Program-made: the position numbers and the translations under genes
Source: Alphaproteobacteria bacterium
Lineage (GTDB): Bacteria; Pseudomonadota; Alphaproteobacteria; Bin95
NCBI GenBank assembly: GCA_964291285.2
Contig: OZ219787.1
Location: 1,152,001 to 1,216,000, forward strand
Length of the DNA stretch: 64,000 nucleotides
Direction: 5' to 3'
The notes under the pieces: generated by a model
Told to the model about the DNA's origin: nothing
Databases searched by the model: none
The model's input: the letters and a program-made list of their open reading frames with translations, nothing else
Shown: piece by piece, positions 41,536 through 51,625 of the stretch
Layout of the letters: each line of letters starts with the position of its first letter
Position numbering within the stretch: position 1 is the stretch's first letter

Positions 41536-42426
41536 ATGAGCGCGACGCCCGTCACCTTCTATTCCGAAGGGTTCAAGCTGGTGGGGGACCTGTACCGGCC
41601 GGCCGGCCTCGCGCCGGGAGAGCGGCGGGCGGGCATCGTGCTTTGCCACGGCTATACCGGGGTGAAGGACCTCTATCTGCCGGACAATGCCCGCGTGCTG
41701 ACCGAGGCCGGCTATGTCGTGCTGGCCTTCGACTACAAGGGCTGGGGCGAGAGCGAGGGGCCGCGCACGCGCCTGGCGCCCTACAGCCGGGTGGCGGACG
41801 TGCAGGCGGCGCTCACCTTCCTCGGCGCGCAGGCGGAGGTGGACGAGGCGCGGCTCGGCATTTACGGCACCAGCTATGGCGGCGCCACGGTGGTGTGGAC
41901 CGGCGCGGTCGACCGGCGGGTGAAATGCGTCGTCAGCGTGGTCGGCATCGGCCACGGGGAACGGTGGATGCGCAGCGTGCGCCGGCCGGACGAGTGGTTC
42001 GACCTGCTGGAGCGCTCCGCCGGGGACCGGGTGAAGCGCGCGATGGAAGGCGAGTCGGAGTGGGTCGAGCGCAGCGAGGTGCTGCTGCCGGACCGCCAGT
42101 CGGCTGAACTGGCGGCCGCCGCGCGGCGCAATGTGCCCTCCGCGCTCAACACGCTGCCGCTCGAATATGTCGATGAGACGCTGGGCTTCCACCCGGAATG
42201 GATCGTGGACAGGATCGCGCCCCGCCCGGTGCTCTTCATCACCACCGACGACGACCGGCTGGTGCCGCCGGAGGAGTCGCAGGCGCTCTACGACCGGGCC
42301 GGCGAGCCGAAGAAGCTGGTCGTGCTCAAGGGCTACGGCCACTACGAGGTCTATGTGGACCCCGCCTTCACCGAGGTGATGGACGAAACGCTCGCCTGGT
42401 TCCGGGAGCATCTGCCGGCGGCGTAG
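41536..42426 (+). CDS. Alpha/beta hydrolase
   Basis: CHGYTG, DYKGWGES, GTSYGG nucleophile elbow, DDRLVP, GHY. Confidence 0.88.
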   Translation: MSATPVTFYSEGFKLVGDLYRPAGLAPGERRAGIVLCHGYTGVKDLYLPDNARVLTEAGYVVLAFDYKGWGESEGPRTRLAPYSRVADVQAALTFLGAQAEVDEARLGIYGTSYGGATVVWTGAVDRRVKCVVSVVGIGHGERWMRSVRRPDEWFDLLERSAGDRVKRAMEGESEWVERSEVLLPDRQSAELAAAARRNVPSALNTLPLEYVDETLGFHPEWIVDRIAPRPVLFITTDDDRLVPPEESQALYDRAGEPKKLVVLKGYGHYEVYVDPAFTEVMDETLAWFREHLPAA

Positions 42427-42468
42427 GGGGCTGCTCCGTCGCCTGTCCGCAGCCGAAAGGGGACGCCG

Positions 42469-45400
42469 GTGTCGCAACGCAAGCTCCTCGTCGCCAATCG
42501 AAGCGAGATCGCGATCCGGGTCATGCGGGCGGCGACCGAACTCGGCTTGCGGACCGTCGCGATCTATGCCGAGGAAGACAAGCTCGCCCTGCACCGGTTC
42601 AAGGCTGACGAGAGCTACCGCATCGGCGAAGGTCTGGGTCCGGTCACGGCCTATCTCGACATCGACGAGATCGTGTTTACGGCCAGGCGGACAGGCGCCG
42701 ACCTGCTTCACCCCGGCTACGGCTTCGTCTCCGAGAAGCCCGAGCTGGCCGATGCCTGCGCACGAAACGGCATCACCTTCGTCGGGCCGCCGGCCGAGGT
42801 CATGCGCACGCTCGGCAACAAGGTGGCCGCGCGCGACCTCGCCGCATCGGTCGGCGTTCCGGTCATGCCGGCAACGGGCCCCCTGCCGCCGGACGAGGCG
42901 GAATGCCGGAGACTGGCCGGTGAGGTCGGCTATCCGCTGATGCTGAAGGCAAGCTGGGGCGGCGGCGGGCGCGGCATGCGCATCGTCGAGACCCCCGACG
43001 AATTGATCGAGCGGATCGAGGCCGGGCGCCGGGAGGCCGAGGTCGCGTTCGGCAATGGCGAGGTCTATCTGGAGAAGCTGGTCGAGCGGGCACGGCATGT
43101 CGAGGTGCAGGTTCTCGGCGACCGCCACGGCAATCTGGTGCATCTCTTCGAGCGGGACTGCTCGCTTCAGCGCCGCAACCAGAAGGTCGTCGAGCGCGCG
43201 CCGGCACCCTATCTCGGCGACGAAGCGCGCCGGGGAATCTGCGCCGCGGCCCTCAGACTCTGCCGCGCGGCCAACTATGTCGGCGCCGGCACCGTCGAGT
43301 TCCTGATGGATGCCGACAGCGGAGCCTTCTATTTCATCGAGGTCAATCCGCGCATTCAGGTCGAGCACACGGTGACCGAGGAGGTGACCGGCATCGACAT
43401 CGTCAAGGCGCAGATCCAGATCGCGCTCGGCGAGCGCATAGGCGACGAGCGCAGGACGGGCGTGCCGTCCCAGGAGGACATCCGCCTGCGCGGCCACGCC
43501 CTGCAATGCCGGATCACCACCGAAGACCCGGAGTCGAATTTCAAGCCCGACTACGGCCGCATCACCGCCTACCGGGGCGCGACCGGCTTCGGCATCCGGC
43601 TGGACGGGGGCACGGCCTATTCCGGCGCCGTCATCACCCGCTACTACGACAGCCTGCTGGAGAAGGTCACGGCCTGGGCCGCCGGCAGGGAAGAAGCCGT
43701 CCGCCGCATGGACCGGGCGCTCCGGGAGTTCCGGATACGCGGCGTCGCGACCAATCTCGTCTTTCTCGAGAATGTCATAAACCACCCGCAATTCCTGGCC
43801 GACGAGGTCACCACGCGCTTCATCGATACGACGCCGGAGCTGCTGCATTTTCCGAGGCGCCGCGACCGGGCGACGCGCCTGCTGCGCTACATCGCCGACG
43901 TCACCGTCAACGGCAATCCCGAGGTCGCCGGCCGGCCGAGGCCGTCGGCCACGGCCTTCGCGCCCGCCATTCCCGCCTTCGATCCCGCCGGGCCTGTCGT
44001 GTCCGGCACGAAGCAGCTGCTCGACGAGCGCGGGCCGGAGGGCTTCCGGGACTGGATGCTGGCAGAGCAGCGCGTGCTGATTACCGACACCACCATGCGC
44101 GATGCCCACCAGTCGCTGCTCGCGACGCGCATGCGCTCCTACGACATGGTGGCGGTCAGCGAAGCCTATGCGCACCGGCTGCCGCAGCTCCTGTCCCTGG
44201 AGTGCTGGGGCGGGGCCACCTTCGATGTCGCCATGCGGTTCCTCAGGGAGGACCCCTGGGACCGCCTGGGCGACATTCGTCGGCGCGTCCCGAACATCCT
44301 CCTGCAGATGCTGCTGCGCGCCTCCAATGCCGTCGGCTACGCCAACTATCCCGACAATGCAGTGCGCTACTTCGTCGAGAAGTCGGCCGATGCCGGCGTC
44401 GATCTCTTCCGCGTCTTCGACAGCCTCAACTGGGTGGAGAACATGAAGGTCGCCATCGACGCCGTGCTGGAGACCGGCCGGCTCTGCGAAGCGGCGATCT
44501 GCTACACGGGCGATCTCTTCGACGGGGACCGGGCGAAATACGATCTCGACTACTATCTCGCCATGGCGCGTGAGCTGAAGGCGGCCGGCGCGCACATTCT
44601 CGGCGTCAAGGACATGGCCGGCCTCTGCCGCCCCGACCACGCCCGCCTCCTGGTGCGGAAACTGAAGGAGGAGACGGGCCTTCCCGTCCACTTCCACACC
44701 CACGACACCTCGGGCATATCGGCCGCAACTGTGCTGGCCGCGTGCGAGGCCGGCGCGGATGCCGTCGATGCCGCGATGGACAGCTTCTCCGGCCTCACAT
44801 CCCAGCCCAATCTCGGCTCCATCGTCGCGGCGCTGGGCGACGGCCCCCGGTGCAGCGGCATAGACCCGGCGACCGTCCGCGCCTTCTCCGACTACTGGGA
44901 AGCGGTCAGGGCGCAATATGCGGCCTTCGAGCCCGACCTGCGCGCCGGCGCCTCGGAGGTCTATCTGCACGAGATGCCGGGCGGCCAGTTCACCAATCTC
45001 AAGGAACAGGCGCGCGCGCTCGGCCTGGCGGACCGCTGGCACGAGGTCGCCCGCATGTATGCTGAAGCCAACCGGCTGTTCGGAGACATCGTGAAGGTGA
45101 CGCCCTCGTCGAAAGTGGTCGGCGACATGGCGCTCTACATGGTGGCCAGCGGGGTGACGCCGGAGCAGGTCCTGGACCCGGACGTCGAGGTCGCCTTTCC
45201 CGGCTCCGTGGTCTCGATGCTGCGCGGCGAGCTCGGCCAGCCGCCCGGCGGCTGGCCGGAGGCGATACAGGCCAAGGCGCTGCGCGGCGAGGCGCCGATC
45301 GCCGGCCGGCCGGCGGACCATCTGTCCCCGATGGACCTCGACGCCGAACGCAAGGAGGCCGAGAGAGCCGCCGGGCGCAGCGTGTCGGACTACGAGCTCG

Positions 45401-45924
45401 CCTCCAGCATCATGTATCCGGCCGTCTTCGCCGATTACGCCCGGCACCGCCGCAGGTTCGGGCGCCTGGACGTTCTCTCCACCCCGGTCTTCTTCTACGG
45501 CATGACGCCGGGCCAGGAGATCGCCGTCGAGATTGATGCCGGAAAGGCGCTGGTCATCCGCCTGATGGCCGTCGGCGAGGCCGACGAGCGGGGCGAGCGC
45601 GAGGTCTTCTTCGAGCTCAACGGGCAGCCGCGCGTCATCGCGGTGCCGGACGCCGGCGTCGCCCCCCGGGTTCCGGCCAACGAACGCGCCGACCCGGACG
45701 ACCCCAACCAGGTCGCCGCGCCCATGCCGGGCGTGGTATCGACCCTGGTGGTATCGATCGGCCAGCCGGTCCGGTCCGGCGACGTGCTGCTGACGCTGGA
45801 AGCGATGAAGATGGAAACCTCCGTCACCGCGCCGGCGGCCGGCACGGTTTCGCGTCTGCCCGTTTCCGTCGGCAGCGTCGTCGATGCGAAGGACCTGCTT
45901 GCGGTCATCCAGCCTCCGGCCTGA
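42469..45924 (+). CDS. pyc: Pyruvate carboxylase
   Basis: ANRSEIA, RDAHQS, ECWGGATFD, KDMAG, EAMKME biotin site. Confidence 0.97.
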   Translation: MSQRKLLVANRSEIAIRVMRAATELGLRTVAIYAEEDKLALHRFKADESYRIGEGLGPVTAYLDIDEIVFTARRTGADLLHPGYGFVSEKPELADACARNGITFVGPPAEVMRTLGNKVAARDLAASVGVPVMPATGPLPPDEAECRRLAGEVGYPLMLKASWGGGGRGMRIVETPDELIERIEAGRREAEVAFGNGEVYLEKLVERARHVEVQVLGDRHGNLVHLFERDCSLQRRNQKVVERAPAPYLGDEARRGICAAALRLCRAANYVGAGTVEFLMDADSGAFYFIEVNPRIQVEHTVTEEVTGIDIVKAQIQIALGERIGDERRTGVPSQEDIRLRGHALQCRITTEDPESNFKPDYGRITAYRGATGFGIRLDGGTAYSGAVITRYYDSLLEKVTAWAAGREEAVRRMDRALREFRIRGVATNLVFLENVINHPQFLADEVTTRFIDTTPELLHFPRRRDRATRLLRYIADVTVNGNPEVAGRPRPSATAFAPAIPAFDPAGPVVSGTKQLLDERGPEGFRDWMLAEQRVLITDTTMRDAHQSLLATRMRSYDMVAVSEAYAHRLPQLLSLECWGGATFDVAMRFLREDPWDRLGDIRRRVPNILLQMLLRASNAVGYANYPDNAVRYFVEKSADAGVDLFRVFDSLNWVENMKVAIDAVLETGRLCEAAICYTGDLFDGDRAKYDLDYYLAMARELKAAGAHILGVKDMAGLCRPDHARLLVRKLKEETGLPVHFHTHDTSGISAATVLAACEAGADAVDAAMDSFSGLTSQPNLGSIVAALGDGPRCSGIDPATVRAFSDYWEAVRAQYAAFEPDLRAGASEVYLHEMPGGQFTNLKEQARALGLADRWHEVARMYAEANRLFGDIVKVTPSSKVVGDMALYMVASGVTPEQVLDPDVEVAFPGSVVSMLRGELGQPPGGWPEAIQAKALRGEAPIAGRPADHLSPMDLDAERKEAERAAGRSVSDYELASSIMYPAVFADYARHRRRFGRLDVLSTPVFFYGMTPGQEIAVEIDAGKALVIRLMAVGEADERGEREVFFELNGQPRVIAVPDAGVAPRVPANERADPDDPNQVAAPMPGVVSTLVVSIGQPVRSGDVLLTLEAMKMETSVTAPAAGTVSRLPVSVGSVVDAKDLLAVIQPPA

Positions 45925-46066
45925 CGGGTCGCCCGGCAAACCTGCCGCTGGCGCGGACGGTCGCCCCGATACCCGCTGCCGTGCTATCTCTCGCGCGTCT
46001 TCGGGGAACGGCGATGAACGGCGGATTTGCGGCCCGGCGCGGCGGCGGGCAGGGCGAAGGGTGACG

Positions 46067-47449
46067 ATGCGCTATCTGAGCACGCGCGGCGAGGCGGCGG
46101 AGCGGGACTTCTCCGGCGTCCTGCTGACGGGCCTGGCGGAGGATGGCGGGCTCTGGCAGCCAGGCGAATGGCCGCGGCTGGACGAAGCCGCGCGCGCGCC
46201 GGGCGCGGGCTATGCCGAGCGCGCCTTCGCGGTCACCCGCCCCTTCACGGCCGGCGCGCTGGAGGGGGAGGACTGGCGCGCGCTGCTGGCCGACGTCTAT
46301 GCGGGCTTCCGCCACCCGGCCACGGTCCCGCTCGTGCAGCTCGACACGAATCTCTGGCTGATGGAGCTGTTCCACGGGCCGACCTTCGCCTTCAAGGACC
46401 TGGCGATGCAGGCGCTCGGGCGGCTGTTCGACCTCGTGCTGAAGGCGCGCGGCGAGCGCATCACCATCATTGGCGCGACCTCGGGCGACACCGGCGCGGC
46501 GGCCGTGGAGGCGGTCAAGGGACTGGAGACCATCGACCTCGTCATGCTCTACCCGCACGGGCGCATTTCGGATGTGCAGCGCCGGCAGATGACCACGGTG
46601 GAGGAGCCCAATATCCACACGGTCGCGCTGGAAGGCACGTTCGACGACTGCCAGGACCTGGTGAAGGCGCTCTTTGCCGACACGCGGCTCCGCGAGGACT
46701 GGCGCTTCGCCGCCGTCAACTCGATCAACTGGGCCCGCGTCATGGTCCAGACGGTCTATTACGTCCATGCAGCGGCGCAATTGGGCGGCGGGCCGGTCGC
46801 CTTCGCCGTGCCGAGCGGCAATTTCGGCAATGTCTATGCGGGCTATGCCGCGCGCGAAATGGGCCTCGACGCGCCGCGCTTCATTGTCGGCTCCAACAGC
46901 AACGACATCCTGGCCCGCTTCTTCGAGGCGGGCGACATGTCCACAAGGCCGGTGACACCCAGCTGGTCGCCCTCCATGGACATCCAGGTTTCCAGCAATT
47001 TCGAGCGCCTGCTGCACGACCTGCTGGACCGGGACGGCCCGGCCGTCGCCCGGCACATGGCGGCCTTCCGGCAGAGCGGGCGGCTGCCGCTCGACGAAGC
47101 GCGCTGGCAGGCGGCGCGAAAGCTGTTCCGGGGCCATGCGGTGGACGACGAGGGCACGCTCGCCGGGATCGCGCGCACCCACGGCGAAACGGGCATGACC
47201 GTGGATCCGCACACCGCCGTCGGCATTGCGGCCGCCGAGGCGCTCCGCGATCCCGATATACCGACGGTCGCGCTGGCAACCGCCCATCCGGCCAAGTTCC
47301 CCGAGGCGGTGGAGCGCGCCATCGGCCGCCGCCCGCCGCTGCCCGATGCGCTCGCCGAGCAGGCGGAGCGCCCCGAGCGGGCGGAGCGGATGGCGAACGA
47401 CCTCGGCCTTCTCAAAACCTTCATTCGCGAAAGGGTGCGCCGGCCATGA
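46067..47449 (+). CDS. thrC: Threonine synthase
   Basis: YLSTRG, ELFHGPTFAFKD, ATSGDTG, NSINWAR, PSGNFGN. Confidence 0.96.
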   Translation: MRYLSTRGEAAERDFSGVLLTGLAEDGGLWQPGEWPRLDEAARAPGAGYAERAFAVTRPFTAGALEGEDWRALLADVYAGFRHPATVPLVQLDTNLWLMELFHGPTFAFKDLAMQALGRLFDLVLKARGERITIIGATSGDTGAAAVEAVKGLETIDLVMLYPHGRISDVQRRQMTTVEEPNIHTVALEGTFDDCQDLVKALFADTRLREDWRFAAVNSINWARVMVQTVYYVHAAAQLGGGPVAFAVPSGNFGNVYAGYAAREMGLDAPRFIVGSNSNDILARFFEAGDMSTRPVTPSWSPSMDIQVSSNFERLLHDLLDRDGPAVARHMAAFRQSGRLPLDEARWQAARKLFRGHAVDDEGTLAGIARTHGETGMTVDPHTAVGIAAAEALRDPDIPTVALATAHPAKFPEAVERAIGRRPPLPDALAEQAERPERAERMANDLGLLKTFIRERVRRP

Positions 47450-48660
47450 GCGTCACCGTCTCCACCCTGCCGAACGGCCTCCGGGTCGCGACCGACACCA
47501 TGAAGACCGTCGAGACCGTCTCGCTCGGCATGTGGGTAGGCGTCGGCACGCGCCATGAGCGCGCGGCCGAGAACGGCGTCTCGCACCTGCTGGAGCACAT
47601 GGCCTTCAAGGGCACGGAACGGCGCACGGCCGGCGACATCGCCCGCGAGATCGAGGCGGTGGGCGGGTTCCTCAACGCCTATACCGCGCGCGAGGTCACG
47701 GCCTATTACGCCAAGGTGCTGAAGGAGGACGCGGCGCTCGCGGTCGATATCCTGGCCGACATCCTGACCGGCTCCGTCTTCGACGCGGAGGAGCTGGAGC
47801 GCGAGCGCACGGTCATCCTGCAGGAGATCGGGCAGGCGCAGGACTTCCCCGAAGACGTGGCGTTCGACCTGTTTCAGGAGACCGCCTTTCCGGATCAGGC
47901 GATGGGCCGCAGCATTCTCGGCCGCCCGGAGGTGGTGCGTTCGCTGCCGCGGGAAGCGGTCGCCGGCTGGATGGGAGAGCGCTACCGGGCACCCGCCATG
48001 GTGCTGGCGGCGGCGGGGCATATCGAGCACGAGGCGCTGCGGGGTCTCGCGGAGCGCCATTTCGCAGATCTGCCGGATACGTCGGCGCCCGTTCCGGAGG
48101 CCGCCCGCTATGCCGGCGGCGAGGCGCGGGAGGCCCGTGACCTGGAGCAGACCCACCTCGTGCTGGGCTTCGAAGGGCCGAGCTTCCGCGAGGCCGGCTT
48201 CTATCCCGCGCAGGTGTTCTCGACGCTCTATGGCGGCGGCATGTCCTCGCGCCTCTTCCAGGAGGTGCGCGAGAAGCGCGGGCTGGTCTATGCCATCTAT
48301 TCCTTCGCCTCGTCCGCGGCAGATACCGGGCTGGTGGGCGTCTATGCCGGCACGGCGCAGGAAAACGCGGAGGAAGTGCTCGCCATCGTGCGCGGCGAAC
48401 TGGAAGACCTGGCCGGCAGCGGGCCGGACGAGGACGAGCTCGACCGCGCCCGCGCGCAGCTTCGCGCCAGCCTGCTGATGGCGCGGGAAAGCACCTCCTC
48501 GCGCTGCGAGCAGATCGCCCAGCAGCTCCTGGTCCACAACCGCCCGATCCCGCCGGAGGAACTGACGGAGCGCGTCGAGGCGGTAAGCGCGGCCGAGGTC
48601 ATGGGCATCGCCGCCCGCTATGCCAGCGCGCCGCCAAGCCTCGTGGTGCTCGGGCCCTGA
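47446..48660 (+). CDS. M16 family zinc peptidase
   Basis: HLLEHMAFKGT (HxxEH), GGGMSSRLFQEVREKRGL. Confidence 0.93.
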   Translation: MSVTVSTLPNGLRVATDTMKTVETVSLGMWVGVGTRHERAAENGVSHLLEHMAFKGTERRTAGDIAREIEAVGGFLNAYTAREVTAYYAKVLKEDAALAVDILADILTGSVFDAEELERERTVILQEIGQAQDFPEDVAFDLFQETAFPDQAMGRSILGRPEVVRSLPREAVAGWMGERYRAPAMVLAAAGHIEHEALRGLAERHFADLPDTSAPVPEAARYAGGEAREARDLEQTHLVLGFEGPSFREAGFYPAQVFSTLYGGGMSSRLFQEVREKRGLVYAIYSFASSAADTGLVGVYAGTAQENAEEVLAIVRGELEDLAGSGPDEDELDRARAQLRASLLMARESTSSRCEQIAQQLLVHNRPIPPEELTERVEAVSAAEVMGIAARYASAPPSLVVLGP

Positions 48661-48678
48661 GCGAAGGAAGGTAGGGAC

Positions 48679-49416
48679 ATGGCGAAGACCGCAATCGTGA
48701 CCGGCGGGAGCCGGGGGATCGGGGCTTCGGTCTGTCGGCTGTTGGGGGCCGAGGGCTGGAATGTGGTGGTGAACTATGCCGGCAGGGCGGATGCCGCCGA
48801 GGCGGTGGTGCGCGATGTCGAGGCCGCCGGCGGGCGTGCGCTGGCGGTACAGGCGGATGTGGCCCGGAAGGCCGATGTGGACCGGCTGTTCGCGGCGGGC
48901 GACGAGGCGTTCGGCGGGCTCGATGCGCTGGTGAACAATGCGGGCGTGATCGGGCGGCGCGGGCGCTTCGAGGAGCTGGACGGGCCGGTGATGGAAGAGG
49001 TGCTGGCCGTCAATGTGCTCGGCTGCATGCTGTGCGCGCATGCGGCGATCCTGCGCCTTTCCACCCGCCATGGCGGGCGCGGCGGTTCCATCGTCAACAT
49101 TTCTTCGGGCAATGCCGTCTCGGGCGGCCCGGGCGAGTCCGTGCTCTACAGTGTGTCCAAGGGCGCGGTGAACTCGCTCACCATCGGCCTCTCGCAGGAG
49201 CTTGCCGGGGAGGGCATCCGGGTCAACACCGTCAGCCCTGGCCTCACCGACACCGACATGCCGGGGCCGGACAAGATCGCCGCCATCGGCCCGACGATTC
49301 CGATGGGGCGCGTCGCGCACCCGGACGAGATCGCGGAGGGCGTCGTCTGGCTCTTGTCCGACAAGGCGTCCTATGTCGCCGGCGCCAACCTGCGCATCGG
49401 CGGCGGGCGCCCCTGA
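48679..49416 (+). CDS. SDR oxidoreductase
   Basis: TGGSRGIG, NNAG, YSVSK. Confidence 0.93.
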   Translation: MAKTAIVTGGSRGIGASVCRLLGAEGWNVVVNYAGRADAAEAVVRDVEAAGGRALAVQADVARKADVDRLFAAGDEAFGGLDALVNNAGVIGRRGRFEELDGPVMEEVLAVNVLGCMLCAHAAILRLSTRHGGRGGSIVNISSGNAVSGGPGESVLYSVSKGAVNSLTIGLSQELAGEGIRVNTVSPGLTDTDMPGPDKIAAIGPTIPMGRVAHPDEIAEGVVWLLSDKASYVAGANLRIGGGRP

Positions 49417-49476
49417 GCGGGCCCGGCCGATCGGGCCGTTGGACAATCGCGCGCCGCCGGGGCAGGCTGCCGGGCC

Positions 49477-50373
49477 ATGATGGATCGCTTCCCCTACATC
49501 CCGCTGCCCGAGCGCCCGAAACTGGTCTGGCCCGGGGGCAAGCGGCTCGCCGTCTGGGTGCTGCCCAATATCGAGCATTACGAATACCGGCCGGCATTCG
49601 AGAGCCGGCGCGAGCCTTGGCCGCGCATGCCCGCCCCGGATGTGGTCGGCTACGGCGTGCGCGACTACGGCAACCGCGTCGGCGTCTGGCGGATGTTCGA
49701 TTGCCTGGCCCGCCACGGCGTCCGGGCCACGATCTCGCTGAATTTCGGCGTGATCGAGCACTATCCGGAAGTCTGGCAGGCGATCCGCGAGCGCGGCGAC
49801 GATATCCTCTGCCACGGCTTCTACAACACGCGCTACCTCTGGGGGCTCGGCGAGGAGGACGAGCGCGCCGTCATCCGCGATTGCGTCGAGACCTACGCCC
49901 GCGCCACCGGCGGCGAGATGCTGCCGGGCTGGTTCGGCCCCGCCGCCTCCGGCACCTTCAACACGGCCGATATCGTGAAGGAGCTCGGCATCGGCTACAC
50001 CGCCGACTACTACCATGACGACCAGCCGACCCTGGTACGCACCAAGCACGGGCCCCTGCCCTGCGTGCCCTATTCCATGGATATCAACGACGCCATTGTT
50101 TATCGCTGGCAGAGCGAGGGCGCGGAGTTCGCGCGCATGATCCGCGACGCCTTCGACACGCTCTACGAGGAGGGCGCCGAGACCGGGCGGGTGCTGGCGA
50201 TCTGCTTGCATCCCTACCTTTACGGCCAGCCGCACCGGATCAAGTATCTGGACGAGGCGCTCGGCTATGTGATGAGCCACGAAGGCGTGTGGCAGGCGAC
50301 GGGCTCCGAGATCGCGGACTGGGCGATGCAAGAATGGCTGCCCTCCTGGGCCCTGCCGGAGGAAGGGGCGTGA
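49477..50373 (+). CDS. Polysaccharide deacetylase family (PuuE-like)
   Basis: WPGGKRLAVW, DYGNRVGVWR, HDDQP, LHPYLYGQPHR. Confidence 0.88.
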   Translation: MMDRFPYIPLPERPKLVWPGGKRLAVWVLPNIEHYEYRPAFESRREPWPRMPAPDVVGYGVRDYGNRVGVWRMFDCLARHGVRATISLNFGVIEHYPEVWQAIRERGDDILCHGFYNTRYLWGLGEEDERAVIRDCVETYARATGGEMLPGWFGPAASGTFNTADIVKELGIGYTADYYHDDQPTLVRTKHGPLPCVPYSMDINDAIVYRWQSEGAEFARMIRDAFDTLYEEGAETGRVLAICLHPYLYGQPHRIKYLDEALGYVMSHEGVWQATGSEIADWAMQEWLPSWALPEEGA

Positions 50374-51281
50374 GCGAGCAGACGCGCCGCTACCGGGACG
50401 GCCCCGGCTATGACCACCCCTGGTTCGACTGGCCGCCGCGGGAGGCCCCGACCGTCTGGCCGGGCGGGGCGCGGCTCGCGGTGATGCCGCTGCTGCATGT
50501 CGAGCATTTCGAGCTCGACCCGGAGGCGGACGCCGTCGCCGACCCGCGCTTCGCCGGTGCGCTCGGCAGCTACCGGCCGGACTACAACAATTTCTCCCGC
50601 CGGCTCTACGGGCTGCGCGTCGGCGTCTGGCGGCTGTTCGACATATTGAAGGCGCACGGGCTGAGGGCCACCGTCGCGCTCGGCGCCGCCGCCGCCGAGG
50701 AGTGCCCGCAGATCGTCGAGCGCGCGCTCAGGGACGGCCACGGCATCGCCGCGCACGGCACGGTCGCCAACCGGATGATCTCCGAAAGGATGAGCGAAGC
50801 GGAGGAGCGCGCCTTCATCGCCGAGTCGACCGCGCGGCTCGAAGCCTGCCTCGGGCGCCGTCCGCGCGGCTGGGTCGGCCAGGACCACGGCGAAAGCTCG
50901 CGCACGCCGGGCCTGCTGGCGGAAGCGGGCTTCGACCATGTCATCGACTGGCCGAACGACGAGCGCCCGGTGCCCATGCGCACCGAGCCGCCCATCGTCT
51001 CGATTCCGGCCCACACCGAGTGGGACGACGCGGAACTGTTCGCCGTGCGCAAGGTGGATGCGTGGCGCTATCCGGACCTCATCGCCGACGCCGCCGAATG
51101 CCTGCACGGCGAGGGCGGAAGAATGATGACGCTCGGCATCCACGCCTGGATCTTCGGCCAGCCGCACCGCAGCCGCCATCTCGACGCCGCGCTTGGCCGG
51201 CTGCTGGAGCGCGACGGCATCTGGAACGCGACCTCCGACGAGATCGCCGACCTGGCGCTGGGGAACGCCCGCATCGTTTGA
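50370..51281 (+). CDS. Polysaccharide deacetylase family (PuuE-like), second paralog
   Basis: WPGGARLAV, YGLRVGVWR, NDERP, IHAWIFGQPHR; GTGA overlap with the upstream gene. Confidence 0.85.
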   Translation: MSEQTRRYRDGPGYDHPWFDWPPREAPTVWPGGARLAVMPLLHVEHFELDPEADAVADPRFAGALGSYRPDYNNFSRRLYGLRVGVWRLFDILKAHGLRATVALGAAAAEECPQIVERALRDGHGIAAHGTVANRMISERMSEAEERAFIAESTARLEACLGRRPRGWVGQDHGESSRTPGLLAEAGFDHVIDWPNDERPVPMRTEPPIVSIPAHTEWDDAELFAVRKVDAWRYPDLIADAAECLHGEGGRMMTLGIHAWIFGQPHRSRHLDAALGRLLERDGIWNATSDEIADLALGNARIV

Positions 51282-51341
51282 TGGGCCCGGCCGGATGGCG
51301 TATGTTGGATATGGTTTTGCCGGCGCGCGGAAAGGGCCGTC

Positions 51342-51541
51342 ATGGAAAGCGATACGACGGCGATCATCTTCTCCGTCATCGGTGTCGGCGTTGTCCTGGC
51401 GGGGCTGATTCTACCGTGACCGGCCGTCTGAGCACCAGCCTGACGGCCGTGGAAAAGGAAACCGCCCGGCTTGCCGGACTGCTTGAAGGATTGGGGCTTG
51501 TGGGACGTACGGCTCCCCGTGCGTCCGGCGACGCGGATTAG
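51342..51541 (+). pseudogene. Frameshifted small membrane-anchored coiled-coil protein
   Basis: MESDTTAIIFSVIGVGVVLAGLIL, then continues in another frame TVTGRLSTSLTAVEKETARLAGLLEGLG...*. Confidence 0.5.
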
Positions 51542-51625
51542 GCGCGGGTTTCGGGGGAAAAGCGACGGACTCTGGAACGCGGCCTCGGACGAGACCGCCG
51601 ATACGCTATGGGAGACTGCACGGCC

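Noticed and set aside
41458-45939. 1493-aa minus-strand ORF and similar long antisense ORFs (46843-50331, 51761-55120, 34975-37434)
   Set aside because: Shadows of clear genes on the opposite strand; expected at high GC; no motifs.
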